Shown here in pieces: positions 21,644 through 31,403 of a stretch of 64,000 nucleotides of DNA; positions within the stretch are counted from its first letter, which is position 1; each line of letters begins with the position of its first letter. Below the pieces are notes generated by a model. That model saw nothing but the letters and a program-made list of their open reading frames with translations. It did no database searches and was not told the origin of the DNA. Source of the stretch: an uncultured Chloroflexia bacterium (GTDB lineage Bacteria > Chloroflexota > Limnocylindria > Limnocylindrales > CSP1-4); the NCBI GenBank assembly GCA_963745295.1, contig CAVUWG010000003.1, forward strand, positions 259,537 through 323,536. The letters run 5' to 3'. The translations under genes and the position numbers were made by a program.

Positions 21644-22090
21644 GTGGTCAAGGTCGCGCGAACGAGTGACGTCGAACTCCCCGCTCGACTGCATTCGGCG
21701 ACGCTCCATCTCCTTCGCCGCCTGGCCCAGGAGGACCGGGCGACCGGCGTGTCTCCCGCGCGCCTTTCTGCCCTGTCGGTCCTCGTGTTCGGCGGCCCGC
21801 GGACGATCGGCTTCCTGGCCGGGATGGAAGGCGTCACGCCCCCGACGATGACGCGCCTCGTCGCGGGCATGGTCGCCGACGGTCTGGTCGAGCGTCTCCC
21901 CGATCCGGACGACCGTCGTGTGGTCAGGGTCAGCGTAAGCGAGCGCGGTCGCGCGGTGCTGCTGTCGGGACGGGACCGCCGCGTCTCCACGCTGGCCACG
22001 ATGATCGCCCCACTGACGCCGAAGGAGCGGCGGCGCCTCGAGGCGGCGGCCCGGATCATCGAGTCGATGCTGGCCGGCCCTCGCACGTGA
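21644..22090 (+). CDS. MarR family transcriptional regulator
   Basis: ..LHSATLHLLRRLAQEDRATGVSPARLSALSVLVFGGPRTIGFLAGMEGVTPPTMTRLVAGMVADGLVERLPDPDDRRVVRVSVSERG. Winged-helix MarR pattern. Confidence 0.85.
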   Translation: MVKVARTSDVELPARLHSATLHLLRRLAQEDRATGVSPARLSALSVLVFGGPRTIGFLAGMEGVTPPTMTRLVAGMVADGLVERLPDPDDRRVVRVSVSERGRAVLLSGRDRRVSTLATMIAPLTPKERRRLEAAARIIESMLAGPRT

Positions 22091-22174
22091 CCTCGGCGCG
22101 CGTACGATGCGTGGGCGCAGCGTCGCACCGGCCGCCGGCGCCAGGACCAGCCACCCGCCATTGAGGACCCTTCG

Positions 22175-22943
22175 ATGCGACTCGCGGACAAGGTCACGAT
22201 CATCACCGGGGCCGGCGGCGGGATGGGCCGCGTCGCCTCCCAGATCTTCGCGAAGGAAGGGGCCAGGGTCGTCGTCGCCGAGTTCAACGAGTCGGCCGGG
22301 GAGGAGACGGTCCGCCTGGTCCAGGCGGCCGGTGGCGAGGCCAGCTTCGTCAAGGCCGACGTCTCGACCGAGGCAGACGCCAAGGCGATGATCGATCACG
22401 CGCTGGCGACCTATGGTCGCGTGGACTGCCTCTACAACAACGCCGGGGATCATGCCCGAGGCGGATCATTCGGTCATCGACACCGACGTGGCGACCTGGG
22501 ACACGGTGATGGCCGTCAACGTCCGCGGCGTGTTCCTCGGCTGCAAGTACGCGATCCCCGCGATGATCACGGCGGGCGGCGGCTCGATCATCAACATCGC
22601 GAGCTTCGTCGCGCTCGTCGGCTGCTCGGTGCCGCAGGACGCGTACACCGCATCGAAGGGTGCCCTGTTGTCGCTGACACGAAGCCTTGCGGTCCAGTTC
22701 GGGCCGAACGGCATCCGGACGAACGCCATCTGCCCGGGCCCGGTCGAGACGCCATTGCTCATGGACTGGCTCGTCAAGGACGAGGCCGCGAAGCAGCTTC
22801 GGCTGGCCCGCAATCCGACGGGTCGCTTCGGCAAGCCCGAGGAGATCGTCAACATGGCCCTCTACCTCGCATCCGATGAATCGCGCTGGACCAACGGCGC
22901 ATCGCTGGTCGTCGACGGCGGCATCACCGTGAACTACTTCTGA
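22175..22943 (+). pseudogene. SDR family oxidoreductase, one frameshift as sequenced
   Basis: MRLADKVTIITGAGGGMGR...LYNNAG, then a junction at the GGGG run near 22446. It continues in the ORF 22413-22943 frame (..IINIASFVALVG...YTASKGALLSLTRSLA...). The TGxxxGxG, NNAG and YxxxK motifs are all present. Confidence 0.85.
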
Positions 22944-22952
22944 GCCTGGAGG

Positions 22953-23766
22953 ATGACCGACGTGACCGACGGCACGGCCGCAGCCGGCTCGCGATCGGCG
23001 TCGACGTCGGCGGCAGCGGGATCAAGACCGCCGTCGTCGACATCGAGACCGGGCAGCTCGTGTCCGAGCGCCTGCGGGTCGCCGACGCCGAAGCCGTCCA
23101 CGCCCGAGGCGGTCATCGCCTCGATCGGGCGGCTGGTGAAGCGGCTGGCCAAGGCGACGGCACGGTCGACGCAGGCGTGCCGGTCGGCGTCGGGCTGCCC
23201 GGCGTGACGATCGACGGGCCAGATCAAGACCGCGGCCAACATCGACGCCGGGTGGGTCGACTTCCCAGTGGTCGAACGACTCGGCAAGGTCGCTCGGCCG
23301 CCCGGTCATCCATCGTCAATGACGCCGACGCGGCAGGGATCGCGGAGATGCGGTTCGGGATGGGCAAGGACCAGCCCGGCGTCGTGATCTTCCTCACCCT
23401 CGGGACCGGCGTCGGCTCCGGCGTGTTCGTCGACGGCGATCCTCGTCCCGAACACCGAGTTCGGACAGATGGAGATCCAGCGGCCGACCCGCGGAACGCC
23501 GATCGGCGCCGGCCGCGCGGACCCGACGCGGCCTCTCGTGGAAGGCCTGGGCCATGGACCTCGACGAACACCTGCACGCGATCGACGGGCTGATGTGGCC
23601 CAACCTCATGATCCTCGGCGGCGGTGTCAGCAAGAATTCGGAGCGATTCATCCCGCGCCTGACCCAACGCATCCCGGTCGTCCCGGCGCAGCTTCGCAAC
23701 GATGCAGGCATCATCGGCGCAGCGATCGTCGCCTCCGAAGCCGACTCGTCCCGAGGTACACCCTGA
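22953..23766 (+). pseudogene. ppgK: ROK family polyphosphate glucokinase, about 7 frameshifts as sequenced
   Basis: Stitched reading: MTDVTDGTAA..LAIGVDVGGSGIKTAVVDIETGQLVSERLRV | TPKPSTPEAVIASIGRLVKRLAKA | ..VGVGLPGVTIDG | QIKTAANIDAGWVDFPVVERLGKV | IVNDADAAGIAEMRFGMG...[15 protein letters not shown] | [14 protein letters not shown] | [22 protein letters not shown]...[12 protein letters not shown]. Junctions are near 22985, 23085, 23155, 23218, 23305, 23440 and 23480. Confidence 0.8.
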
Positions 23767-25242
23767 TGACCACGCCAGCCTCCGCCGTGACCCCCACCGC
23801 AGCACAGATGGTCATCGGCGGCCAGACCGTCGATGCGGCCGATGGCGGGACGTTCGAGGTCGTCAACCCCGCGACGGGCGCCGTCATCGCCACGGCGCCG
23901 CTCGGTGGTCGCGAGGACGTCGATCGGGCCGTCGCGGCAGCCCAGGCCGCCTTCGAGGACCGCAAGGGCTGGGCCAACTGGGCGGCCGGCAAGCGCGGCC
24001 GCACGCTCGCGAAGTTCGCCGCCCTGCTCAAGGAGCACAGCGAGGAGCTGGCCCAGCTCGAAAGCCAGAACGGCGGCAAGCCCATCTCCGGGGCGCGCGG
24101 CGAGGTCGTCGGCGCCAGCCTCGTGTTCGACTACTACGCGGGCGCCGCCAACAAGGTCTTCGGCCAGACCATCCCGGTCTCGAAGCCGGGCCTGGACCTC
24201 ACGCTGCGCGAGCCGATCGGCGTCGTCGGGCTCATCGTGCCCTGGAACTTCCCGATCCTCATGGCCTCGTGGAAGGTCGCGCCGGCGCTGGCCGCCGGGA
24301 ACACCGCGATCCTCAAGCCGGCTTCGTATACGCCCCTGACGGCGATCCGACTCGGCGAGCTGGCGCTCGAGGCCGGGATCCCGGCGGGCGTCCTCAACGT
24401 CGTGACCGGACCGGGCGGGACGGCCGGCGCGTCGATCGCGGCCCATCCCGGCATCGGCAAGGTGGCGTTCACCGGCGAGACCACGACCGGCCAGGAGATC
24501 ATGCGACTGGCGTCGGGCAACGTGAAGAAGATCTCGCTCGAACTCGGTGGCAAGAGCCCGAACATCGTCTTCGCGGACGCCGACCTCGAGAAGTTCGCCC
24601 GCGAATCGCCGTACTCGGTCTTCGACAACACCGGGCAGGACTGCTGCGCCCGCAGCCGGATCCTGGTCGAGCGGTCGGCCCACGAGCAGGTCGTCGAGCT
24701 GTTCGCGGCCGCGACGCGGACGCTCAAGGTCGGCGATCCGGCCGACGAGGCGACCGAGGTCGGCACGCTCGTCAGCTTCAAGCAGCGCGACCGGGTCAAG
24801 GACTACATCGAGATCGGGCTCGGCGAGGGCGCGACGATCGTCGTCGGCGGTGCCGCCCCGGACGACCCGGCGCTCGCCGACGGCGCCTACCTCATGCCGA
24901 CGGTGTTCGACGGCGTGTCGAACGACATGCGCATCGCCCGCGAGGAGATCTTCGGTCCGGTGGTCTCGGTCATCCCGTTCGACACCGAGGAGGAGGCGCT
25001 CCGCCTCGCGAATGCCACGCCGTACGGCCTGTCGGGCTCGATCTGGAGCCGCGACATCGGCAAGGCGCTGCGCGCGGCCAGGGCCCTCCAGGCGGGCGTC
25101 GATCAGCATCAACTCGAACTCCTCGGTCCACACCGAGGCGCCGTTCGGCGGCTACAAGATGTCGGGCATCGGTCGCGAGCTCGGGATGAGCGCGCTCGAC
25201 CTCTACACCGAGACCAAGAACGTCTTCATCGACCTGAGCTGA
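23766..25242 (+). pseudogene. NAD-dependent aldehyde dehydrogenase, one frameshift as sequenced
   Basis: [20 protein letters not shown]...[22 protein letters not shown]...[27 protein letters not shown]. After a junction near 25100 (..ALQAGV|[31 protein letters not shown]-stop 25242) it continues in the ORF 24547-25242 frame. The ATG overlaps the ppgK stop. Confidence 0.9.
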
Positions 25243-25253
25243 CGGAGGTCGCC

Positions 25254-25619
25254 GTGGGCGACGACGAGCACGTGCTGGAGCGGGTCGGACGCCCGCGCCG
25301 GCCCGCGCTCTGGATCGGGGCCTGGGTCGTCGGCCTGGTGGCGATCGTGGGACTCGCGGTGGTGGGGCGCGACAGGCCTGCCGAGGACCTGGCCGCCGCG
25401 CCCGTCGTGCTCCCGGCCGCCTCGACCGCGCCGGCTGCGTCGGTTCCGGCAGTGGGGCTCGCCGGCCCAAGCTTCCCCGACGACCTGCCGCGAGTCATCC
25501 GTCCGCGGACCGCCCCGGCGACGCCCCGTCCGGTCCCGACGCTCGGGGATGACGGTCTCGTGGGCGGCACGGTCTACAGCTCGCCGGCGCCGGCCGGCCC
25601 CGGCCGGTTCGCCGAGTGA
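25254..25619 (+). CDS. hypothetical membrane-anchored Ala/Pro-rich protein
   Basis: GTG 25254 is preceded by GGAGG (25244-25248). One TM (ALWIGAWVVGLVAIVGLAVVG), then a Pro/Ala-rich tail. It only looks fused to the ALDH in ORF 23469-25619 because of the ALDH frameshift. Confidence 0.45.
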   Translation: MGDDEHVLERVGRPRRPALWIGAWVVGLVAIVGLAVVGRDRPAEDLAAAPVVLPAASTAPAASVPAVGLAGPSFPDDLPRVIRPRTAPATPRPVPTLGDDGLVGGTVYSSPAPAGPGRFAE

Positions 25620-25631
25620 GGTTCCCGGGTC

Positions 25632-26246
25632 CTAGCGGCCGTGGAGGCGCTCGGGCCAGCTGATGTCGGGGCGGCGGCGGTCGATCCAGTCGCGGAGCGC
25701 CCAGGTCGTCGTGCGAAAGGCGATGTCGCGCCACGGGATCGCGTCGGGGGCGTAGGCCTGGATCTCGGTCGCCTCGAGCGTGGGCGCCGCGGTCCCGCCG
25801 ACGATGCGCGCCTCGAACGCGATCGTGACCACCGCCGCCTCGAGACGGGTGTACAGCCCGATGATCTCGCCCGGTTCGACGAGGAGGCCGGTCTCCTCCC
25901 AGGTCTCGCGGATGGCCGCCTGGTGGACGGTCTCGTCGACTTCGAGGAACCCGCCCGGCTGCGCCCAGGCACCGAGCCCGGGCTCGATGCCGCGCCGGAT
26001 CAGGACGATCTCGCCGGCGTCGGTGATCGGGAAGGTCGTGACCACGAGCCGCGGGTTGACGTAGACGATGTGCCCGCAGGACTCGCACGAGAGCCGCTGC
26101 CGGTCCTCGCCCGCGATCGTCCCGAACCGCAGCGACGCGCCGCAGCGTGAACAGAAGTTGAGCGAGGACGCCAGCCACGTCGGGACGCCGGACCCCGAGG
26201 CAAGATCGGTCGAACGCCCGTCGGGCCCGCGCTCGAACTCGTCCAT
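25632..26246 (-). CDS. NUDIX hydrolase with N-terminal zinc-ribbon
   Basis: CSRCG...CESCG zinc ribbon, then the Nudix box GGFLEVDETVHQAAIRETWEETG. Start at the internal ATG 26246 (MDEFERG), overlapping the upstream stop. Confidence 0.85.
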   Translation of the reverse strand: MDEFERGPDGRSTDLASGSGVPTWLASSLNFCSRCGASLRFGTIAGEDRQRLSCESCGHIVYVNPRLVVTTFPITDAGEIVLIRRGIEPGLGAWAQPGGFLEVDETVHQAAIRETWEETGLLVEPGEIIGLYTRLEAAVVTIAFEARIVGGTAAPTLEATEIQAYAPDAIPWRDIAFRTTTWALRDWIDRRRPDISWPERLHGR

Positions 26247-26674
26247 CAGGCGATGAGGACGATGCAACCGGCGGCGACGAGGGCGACCAGGCCGATGACG
26301 CTGACCGCGACCCACGCGAGCCGGAACAACCCCTTCGTCCGGTCGACCGGCATCCAGGCCCAGGCCGAGCGCCAGATCCGGAGCACGGCATCCGCGGTGG
26401 TCGCGATGAGGAGCGGCAGGGCGAGCAGGACGCACAGCTTGACCAGCGGGCTGCCGAGCGGGACGCCGACCTCGAGTGCGGTGATCGCGATGGCCCCGCA
26501 GATCAGGACGACGACGCTCAGCATCACGTAGTGCCGCTGGAGAGGCGTCGGGGCCACCTCCGGCACGGAACGGGGTGGCAGCCCCTGCAGGCTGGGCGGC
26601 AGGGTCGACGCTGGGGCCGCCTGGCGATCGAGCGCCGGCATGCCCGGTTCCCAGCGAGGATCGTCGGTCGTCAT
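26246..26674 (-). CDS. hypothetical membrane protein
   Basis: MTTDDPRWEPGMPALDRQ..., then four hydrophobic segments (..YVMLSVVVLICGAIAITAL.., ..LCVLLALPLLIATTA.., ..LAWVAVSVIGLVALVAAGCIVLIA). Start at the internal ATG 26674 of ORF 26246-27160. Confidence 0.55.
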   Translation of the reverse strand: MTTDDPRWEPGMPALDRQAAPASTLPPSLQGLPPRSVPEVAPTPLQRHYVMLSVVVLICGAIAITALEVGVPLGSPLVKLCVLLALPLLIATTADAVLRIWRSAWAWMPVDRTKGLFRLAWVAVSVIGLVALVAAGCIVLIA

Positions 26675-26708
26675 GACCCGAGTGTAGCCGCGGTCGCGTC
26701 GAGCCCGA

Positions 26709-27164
26709 CTACAACGAACGGGTCTCGCGGACGTCGGGGTCCTCGATCGGGACGGAACACGTGGGACACCACCAGCGGGTCTCGAGTGCGGTCCCGCACA
26801 ACTCGTGCTGGAGCGGCTCGCCGCCGCCGCGCCGGGCGCCCCAGTCGGCCAGCAGGCGCAGCACCGAGGCGAGGTCGTGGCCGGCCGCGGTGAGGGCGTA
26901 GGACATGCGCGGCGGGCGCTGCTGGTACGGCGTGGCGGTGACGATCCGCTCGCGCTCGAGCCGGCGCAACCGGTCGGTGAGGATGTTGGGGGCGATGCCC
27001 GGCAGCGCCTCCCCGAGCTCGTTGAACCGCCTGGGCCGTTCGAGCAGGGCCTCGACGACCAGCAGGCTCCAGCGATCGCCGACGCGGTCGAGGGCCGCTT
27101 CGAGGGCCGAGACCGTCGCCGGGGCCGAGGGCGTCGCGGCCTGGCGCGAACCGGGTTCACTCAT
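26709..27164 (-). CDS. HxlR family transcriptional regulator
   Basis: ..ALDRVGDRWSLLVVEALLERPRRFNELGEALPGIAPNILTDRLRRLERERIVTATPYQQRPPRMSYALTAAG. Start at the internal ATG 27164. Confidence 0.85.
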   Translation of the reverse strand: MSEPGSRQAATPSAPATVSALEAALDRVGDRWSLLVVEALLERPRRFNELGEALPGIAPNILTDRLRRLERERIVTATPYQQRPPRMSYALTAAGHDLASVLRLLADWGARRGGGEPLQHELCGTALETRWWCPTCSVPIEDPDVRETRSL

Positions 27165-27206
27165 CGCGGGAAGCGTAGGGGCGGGTCGGGGGCTTGTCAC
27201 GGCTCC

Positions 27207-27240
27207 TAGTCAGTAGTAGATTGCAAGTCACAAGTCTATC
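27207..27240. promoter_or_regulatory. low-GC island in the hxlR / htrA divergent spacer (probable promoter/operator region)
   Basis: TAGTCAGTAGTAGATTGCAAGTCACAAGTCTATC contains a CAAGTC-a-CAAGTC direct repeat and a TTGCAA hexamer. It stands out against GC-rich flanks. Function is inferred only from position. Confidence 0.3.
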
Positions 27241-27292
27241 GCCCGCCGACCGGCGGCCCGAGGCTCGGATCACACGCGGAGCAACGAAACCC

Positions 27293-28195
27293 ATGAGCGC
27301 CATCGAGGAACTCCAGACGGCCGTCGCCACGATCGCGGAGCGCGTCGGTCCATCGATCGTCGGGATCGGTCGCGGCACGCGCGGCTCGGGGGTCGTCATC
27401 GCCGACGGCACCGTCCTGACCAATGCCCACAACCTGCGGGGTGACGAGGTCACCGTGACCTTCGCCGACGGTCGCCGGATCCGCGGCACGGTCGCGGGTG
27501 TCGATGGCGACGGTGACCTCGCGGTCATCAAGGTCGATACCGCGGGGGCGGCCGCCGTCGAATGGTCCGATGGCGCCGAGCTGACGGTCGGGACCCCGGT
27601 CTTCGGTGCGGCCGCGTCGCACGGCGGCGGGAGTCGCGTGACCTTCGGACTCGTGTCCGCGGTCGCGCGGGCGTTCCGCGGCCCCGGTGGCCGGCGCATC
27701 GACGGCAGCGTCGAGCACACCGCTCCCCTCGCCCCGGGATCGTCCGGTGGGGCGCTCGTGGATGCGAACGGCCGCCTCGTCGGTCTCAACACCAACCGGA
27801 TCGGGGAAGGGTTCTATCTCGCCCTGCCGGCCGACGCGGCACTGCGTGAGCGCGTCGATGCCCTCGCCCGGGGCGAATCGCCGAAGCGAGCCCGACTCGG
27901 CGTCGCGATCGCCCCGTCGCATGTCGCGCGTCGGTTGCGCCGATCCGTCGGCCTGCCCGAGCGCGACGGCGTCCTGGTCCGTGGCGTCGAGGACGGCAGC
28001 CCGGCCGAGGCGGCCGGGATCGAGGCGGGCGACCTCATCGTCGAGGCCGCCGGCAAGGCCGTCGCCGATGGCGACGACCTCTTCTCCGCCCTCGCGACCG
28101 TCAACGGCACCTACGAGGTGAAGCTGGTCCGCGGCGCCGAGGAGCGGACCGTGACGATCGGAGCGCCCGCCGAACGAACGCCCGGCGACGCATAG
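27293..28195 (+). CDS. HtrA/DegP-like trypsin-fold serine protease with C-terminal PDZ domain
   Basis: ..GSGVVIADGTVLTNAHN...DLAVIKV...APLAPGSSGGALVD gives the His/Asp/Ser triad context. PDZ-like ..GVLVRGVEDGSPAEAAGIEAGDLIVEAAGKAV. Start at ATG 27293. No obvious signal peptide. Confidence 0.85.
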   Translation: MSAIEELQTAVATIAERVGPSIVGIGRGTRGSGVVIADGTVLTNAHNLRGDEVTVTFADGRRIRGTVAGVDGDGDLAVIKVDTAGAAAVEWSDGAELTVGTPVFGAAASHGGGSRVTFGLVSAVARAFRGPGGRRIDGSVEHTAPLAPGSSGGALVDANGRLVGLNTNRIGEGFYLALPADAALRERVDALARGESPKRARLGVAIAPSHVARRLRRSVGLPERDGVLVRGVEDGSPAEAAGIEAGDLIVEAAGKAVADGDDLFSALATVNGTYEVKLVRGAEERTVTIGAPAERTPGDA

Positions 28196-28260
28196 GTCCG
28201 GGTCGCCCCGGGACCTCGGGCGGGTGAAGCGCGAGGAATCGGTCGAGTAGCATCTCGTCG

Positions 28261-28956
28261 ATGCAGCGCTTCCTCGCCTGGTACGCGATCACCTCGTCGA
28301 TCGGGGCGGTCGTCGCCCTCATCGTCGCGAACGCCATCCCGCTCATCGGGGTGCTGTTCTTCGGCTGGAGCGTCTGGACGATCCTGATCGTCTACTGGCT
28401 CGAGAACGGGATCGTCGGCGTGTTCAACGTCCTGAAGATCGCCCGCGCCCAGGGTGGCGACGAGGGCGATGCCGCCGGCTGGTCGATCAACGGCAAGCCT
28501 GCCACGAGCATGACGAAGGCCGGCCTCATCCCGTTCTTCGTCATGCACTACGGCCTGTTCTGGGTCGTGCACGGGGTGTTCGTGTTCACCCTGCCGCTGT
28601 TCGCGAGCATCGGGTCGGACGGGTCGGACATGGGCCCCGCGCCCGACATCTGGACGATCCTGTTCGCGGTCGTGGCCCTGTTCATCAGCCACGGCCTCTC
28701 GTACCGATTCAACTACATCGGCAGCGGCGAATACCTGCGGGCATCGCCGATCGGGCAGATGTTCTCCGTGTACGGTCGCCTGGTCGTGCTGCACGTCACG
28801 ATCATCTTCGGCGCGATCGCCATCTCGATGACCGGTGCCCCGGTGACCGCGATCGTCATCCTGGTGATCTTCAAGACCGCGTTCGACCTCGCGCTGCACT
28901 TGCGAGAGCATCGGCGGCTTGGGCCGCCAGCGGTCGTGAACGCCTCGACCGGCTAG
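28261..28956 (+). CDS. hypothetical polytopic membrane protein (resembles DUF6498-type proteins from memory)
   Basis: MQRFLAWYAITSSIGAVVALIVANAIPLIGVLFFGWSVWTILIVYWLENGIVGVFNVLKI..., with at least six hydrophobic segments. Confidence 0.6.
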   Translation: MQRFLAWYAITSSIGAVVALIVANAIPLIGVLFFGWSVWTILIVYWLENGIVGVFNVLKIARAQGGDEGDAAGWSINGKPATSMTKAGLIPFFVMHYGLFWVVHGVFVFTLPLFASIGSDGSDMGPAPDIWTILFAVVALFISHGLSYRFNYIGSGEYLRASPIGQMFSVYGRLVVLHVTIIFGAIAISMTGAPVTAIVILVIFKTAFDLALHLREHRRLGPPAVVNASTG

Positions 28957-28970
28957 GGACCCGGCGGGCG

Positions 28971-29474
28971 TCAGCTCGCGTTCGAGGGGTCGTCCAGGAC
29001 CAATTCGGTCAGGCGGGCACGCCACGCCGCGAGCCGCTCGGACAGGGCGGGGTCACCGAGCGCGAGGATCGCCGCCGCGAGCAGCCCGGCGTTCGTGGCG
29101 TTCCCGATCGCGACGGTGGCGACGGGGATCCCGCGCGGCATCTGGACGATCGAGAGCAGCGAGTCCATCCCGCCCAGGTGTTGGGTGGGGATCGGCACGC
29201 CGATGACCGGGAGGATCGTCTTGGCCGCGAGCATGCCCGGCAGGTGGGCCGCCCCGCCGGCTCCGGCGACGATGACCCGGATCCCGCGGCCGGCTGCCTC
29301 CTCGGCATAGCGGAACAGGTGGTCGGGCGTGCGATGGGCCGAGACCACCTTGAGTTCCGCGGCCACCCCGAGCTCGTCGAGGACCGCGACCGCCGCCTCG
29401 AGGGTCGGGAAGTCCGAACGGCTGCCGCCGACGATCCCGACCAGGGGCGCCGCGGGCGAGGTCCGTTCGGTCAT
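28971..29474 (-). CDS. purE: 5-(carboxyamino)imidazole ribonucleotide mutase
   Basis: ..[40 protein letters not shown]...[31 protein letters not shown] overlap with purK. Confidence 0.92.
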   Translation of the reverse strand: MTERTSPAAPLVGIVGGSRSDFPTLEAAVAVLDELGVAAELKVVSAHRTPDHLFRYAEEAAGRGIRVIVAGAGGAAHLPGMLAAKTILPVIGVPIPTQHLGGMDSLLSIVQMPRGIPVATVAIGNATNAGLLAAAILALGDPALSERLAAWRARLTELVLDDPSNAS

Positions 29475-30694
29475 CGGCCATCCTCCGTGTCGGTGCCGGC
29501 CCAGTCCAGGCGCGCCCTGGCGGCCCGGGCGCGGATCAGGGCGGTCTCGACATCCGGGCCGAGCGCCGTCAGGTGCCCCATCTTGCGACGTTCGAACACG
29601 CGTCGCTTGTCGTACAGGTGGAGGTGGACGGTCGGGTCGGCGAGGGCGTCGTCCACGCCGAGGAGGCGCGCCTCGCGCGCCGGGCCGGTCCCGAGCAGGT
29701 TGACCATCGCCGCCGGTGAGAGGGCGTCGGTCGCGCCGAGGCCTAGGCCGCAGATCGCGCGGATGTGCTGCTCGAACTGGGACGTGGCCGCCCCCTCGAT
29801 GGTCCAGTGGCCGCTGTTGTGGACACGCGGCGCGAGCTCGTTGACGACGAGGCTGCCGTCGCGCAGCAGGAACAGCTCGACGGTCAGCGTGCCGGTCAGG
29901 TCCATGGCCAGCGCCAGTCGGCGGCCGATGTCGGCCGCGCGTTCGGCGGTCGCCGCGTCGACGGGCGCGGGGGCGACGGACTCGAACAGGATGCCCGCGT
30001 CGTGGACGTTCCGGGCGATCGGGAAGGTCGCGCTCGCGCCATCGACGCCGCGGGCGACGGTGACCGACAGCTCCGACTCGAAATCGAGCTCGCGCTCGGC
30101 AAGGAGGGCCGCGCCGGGCTCGCGGCCGAGGCGCTCGATCGCGCCCTCGATGTCCGCGGGGTCGGCGATGCGGATCTGGCCGCGGCCGTCGTAGCCGCCG
30201 GTCACGACCTTCAGGCGCATCGGCAGGCCGAGGACGCGCGGACCGGCGGCAGCCTGCAGCTCGGCGACCGTCCGAATCTCCCGCCACGGCGCGACCGCGA
30301 TGCCGGCGGCCTCGACGAACCGCCGCTCGGCGAGTCGGTCCTGCGTGACCACCAGCGGTTCGCGCCCAGGCCGGACCGGCACGATCGAGGTCAGCGCGTC
30401 GACCATGTCGGCCGCGACATGCTCGAGCTCGTACGTGATCACGTCGCTGACCTCGCCGAGACGGAGCGCAGCGCCGATGTCGTCGTACGTCCCGACGACC
30501 AGGTGGTCGGCGATGGCCGCGGCCGGGCACTCCTGATCCGGGTCGAGGATCGCGATCCGGTAGCCCATGGCCCGCGCGGCCAGGCCCAGCATCCGTCCCA
30601 GCTGGCCGCCACCGAGGATGCCGATCGTCGCCGGCGGCAGGATCGGGCCCGCGGTCGTCGCCGACGCGGGCAGGATGGATTCGGCGGCCTTCAC
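29471..30694 (-). CDS. purK: 5-(carboxyamino)imidazole ribonucleotide synthase
   Basis: ..[22 protein letters not shown]...ITYELEHV...GYDGRGQ...[20 protein letters not shown]-grasp PurK pattern. Start set at GTG 30694 (uncertain); the ORF is open to 31219. Confidence 0.9.
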   Translation of the reverse strand: MKAAESILPASATTAGPILPPATIGILGGGQLGRMLGLAARAMGYRIAILDPDQECPAAAIADHLVVGTYDDIGAALRLGEVSDVITYELEHVAADMVDALTSIVPVRPGREPLVVTQDRLAERRFVEAAGIAVAPWREIRTVAELQAAAGPRVLGLPMRLKVVTGGYDGRGQIRIADPADIEGAIERLGREPGAALLAERELDFESELSVTVARGVDGASATFPIARNVHDAGILFESVAPAPVDAATAERAADIGRRLALAMDLTGTLTVELFLLRDGSLVVNELAPRVHNSGHWTIEGAATSQFEQHIRAICGLGLGATDALSPAAMVNLLGTGPAREARLLGVDDALADPTVHLHLYDKRRVFERRKMGHLTALGPDVETALIRARAARARLDWAGTDTEDGR

Positions 30695-30718
30695 GTGACC
30701 GAGTGTAGACTCGCCGGC

Positions 30719-31394
30719 ATGCGACTCGTGGTGGGTCGGCGTACCACGGACGTGGACGTCGGCTAAGTCTTCGACCTGGTCGCTCGCGCGGAGCGGGTGG
30801 CCATCGACCTGGGTACCGGTGACGGCCGGGCCGTGCTTGCACGGGCCACCGCCGAGCCGCGGACCCTGCTCATCGGCATCGACGCGAACGCCGCCTCGAT
30901 GATCGAGTCGTCCCGGCGTGCCTCGCGACCCGAGCGCCGCGGTGGACGACCCAACGCCCTGTTCGTCGTGGCCGCGGCCGAGGCGGCTCCCCGCGAGCTT
31001 GCGTGCCTCGCCGACGAGCTCACCATCACGCTGCCGTGGGGCTCGCTCCTCGAGGGCGTCCTGGGTCGTGACGATCGCGTCTCGGCCGGCGTCGCATCGC
31101 TGGTCGCGCCCGCCGGTCGGGTCCGGGCCCTGATCGCCACGGCGGCCTGCGACGGCCGGGACCTGCCGCCGCTCGACGACGGGCTGGCCGCCGCGATCGC
31201 CGACGCGTGGGCCGGGCACGGCCTGGACGCTGGCGACGTTCCGGCCGGCAACGACGACGGAGGTGGCGGCGACGCACTCGACCTGGGCCCGGCGTCTGGG
31301 GCTCTCGGCCGGTAGAGGCCCGACCGGTGGGCGCGAGGCCTGGACGATCGAGCTCCGGCGACGTCAGGGCACGGAGGCGCCGCCGGCCCGCTAG
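30719..31394 (+). pseudogene. KamB/NpmA-like 16S rRNA (adenine1408-N1)-methyltransferase homologue with an in-frame TAA and one frameshift
   Basis: ATG 30719 [15 protein letters not shown], then TAA (30764-30766). The same frame continues [24 protein letters not shown]...RRGGRPNALFVVAAAE...TLPWGSLLEGVLG. A junction near 31237 leads to ..RPATTTEVAATHSTWARRLGLSAGRGP..AWTIELRR-stop (TAG 31392-31394). The motif order matches KamB/NpmA as I remember them. Confidence 0.6.
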
Positions 31395-31403
31395 CATCGG
31401 GCG

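Noticed and set aside
17697-23766. Programmed ribosomal frameshifting or transcriptional slippage as an explanation for the frame changes
   Set aside because: The junctions occur in many unrelated genes, in both +1 and -1 directions, up to 9 per gene. They share no slippery heptamer or downstream structure. That is incompatible with programmed recoding.
23469-25619. 716-aa ORF suggesting an aldehyde dehydrogenase fused to a membrane tail
   Set aside because: The canonical ALDH C-terminus (ISINSNS...FIDLS-stop 25242) is in another frame after an indel near 25100. The tail is a separate small gene with its own GGAGG-GTG start at 25254.
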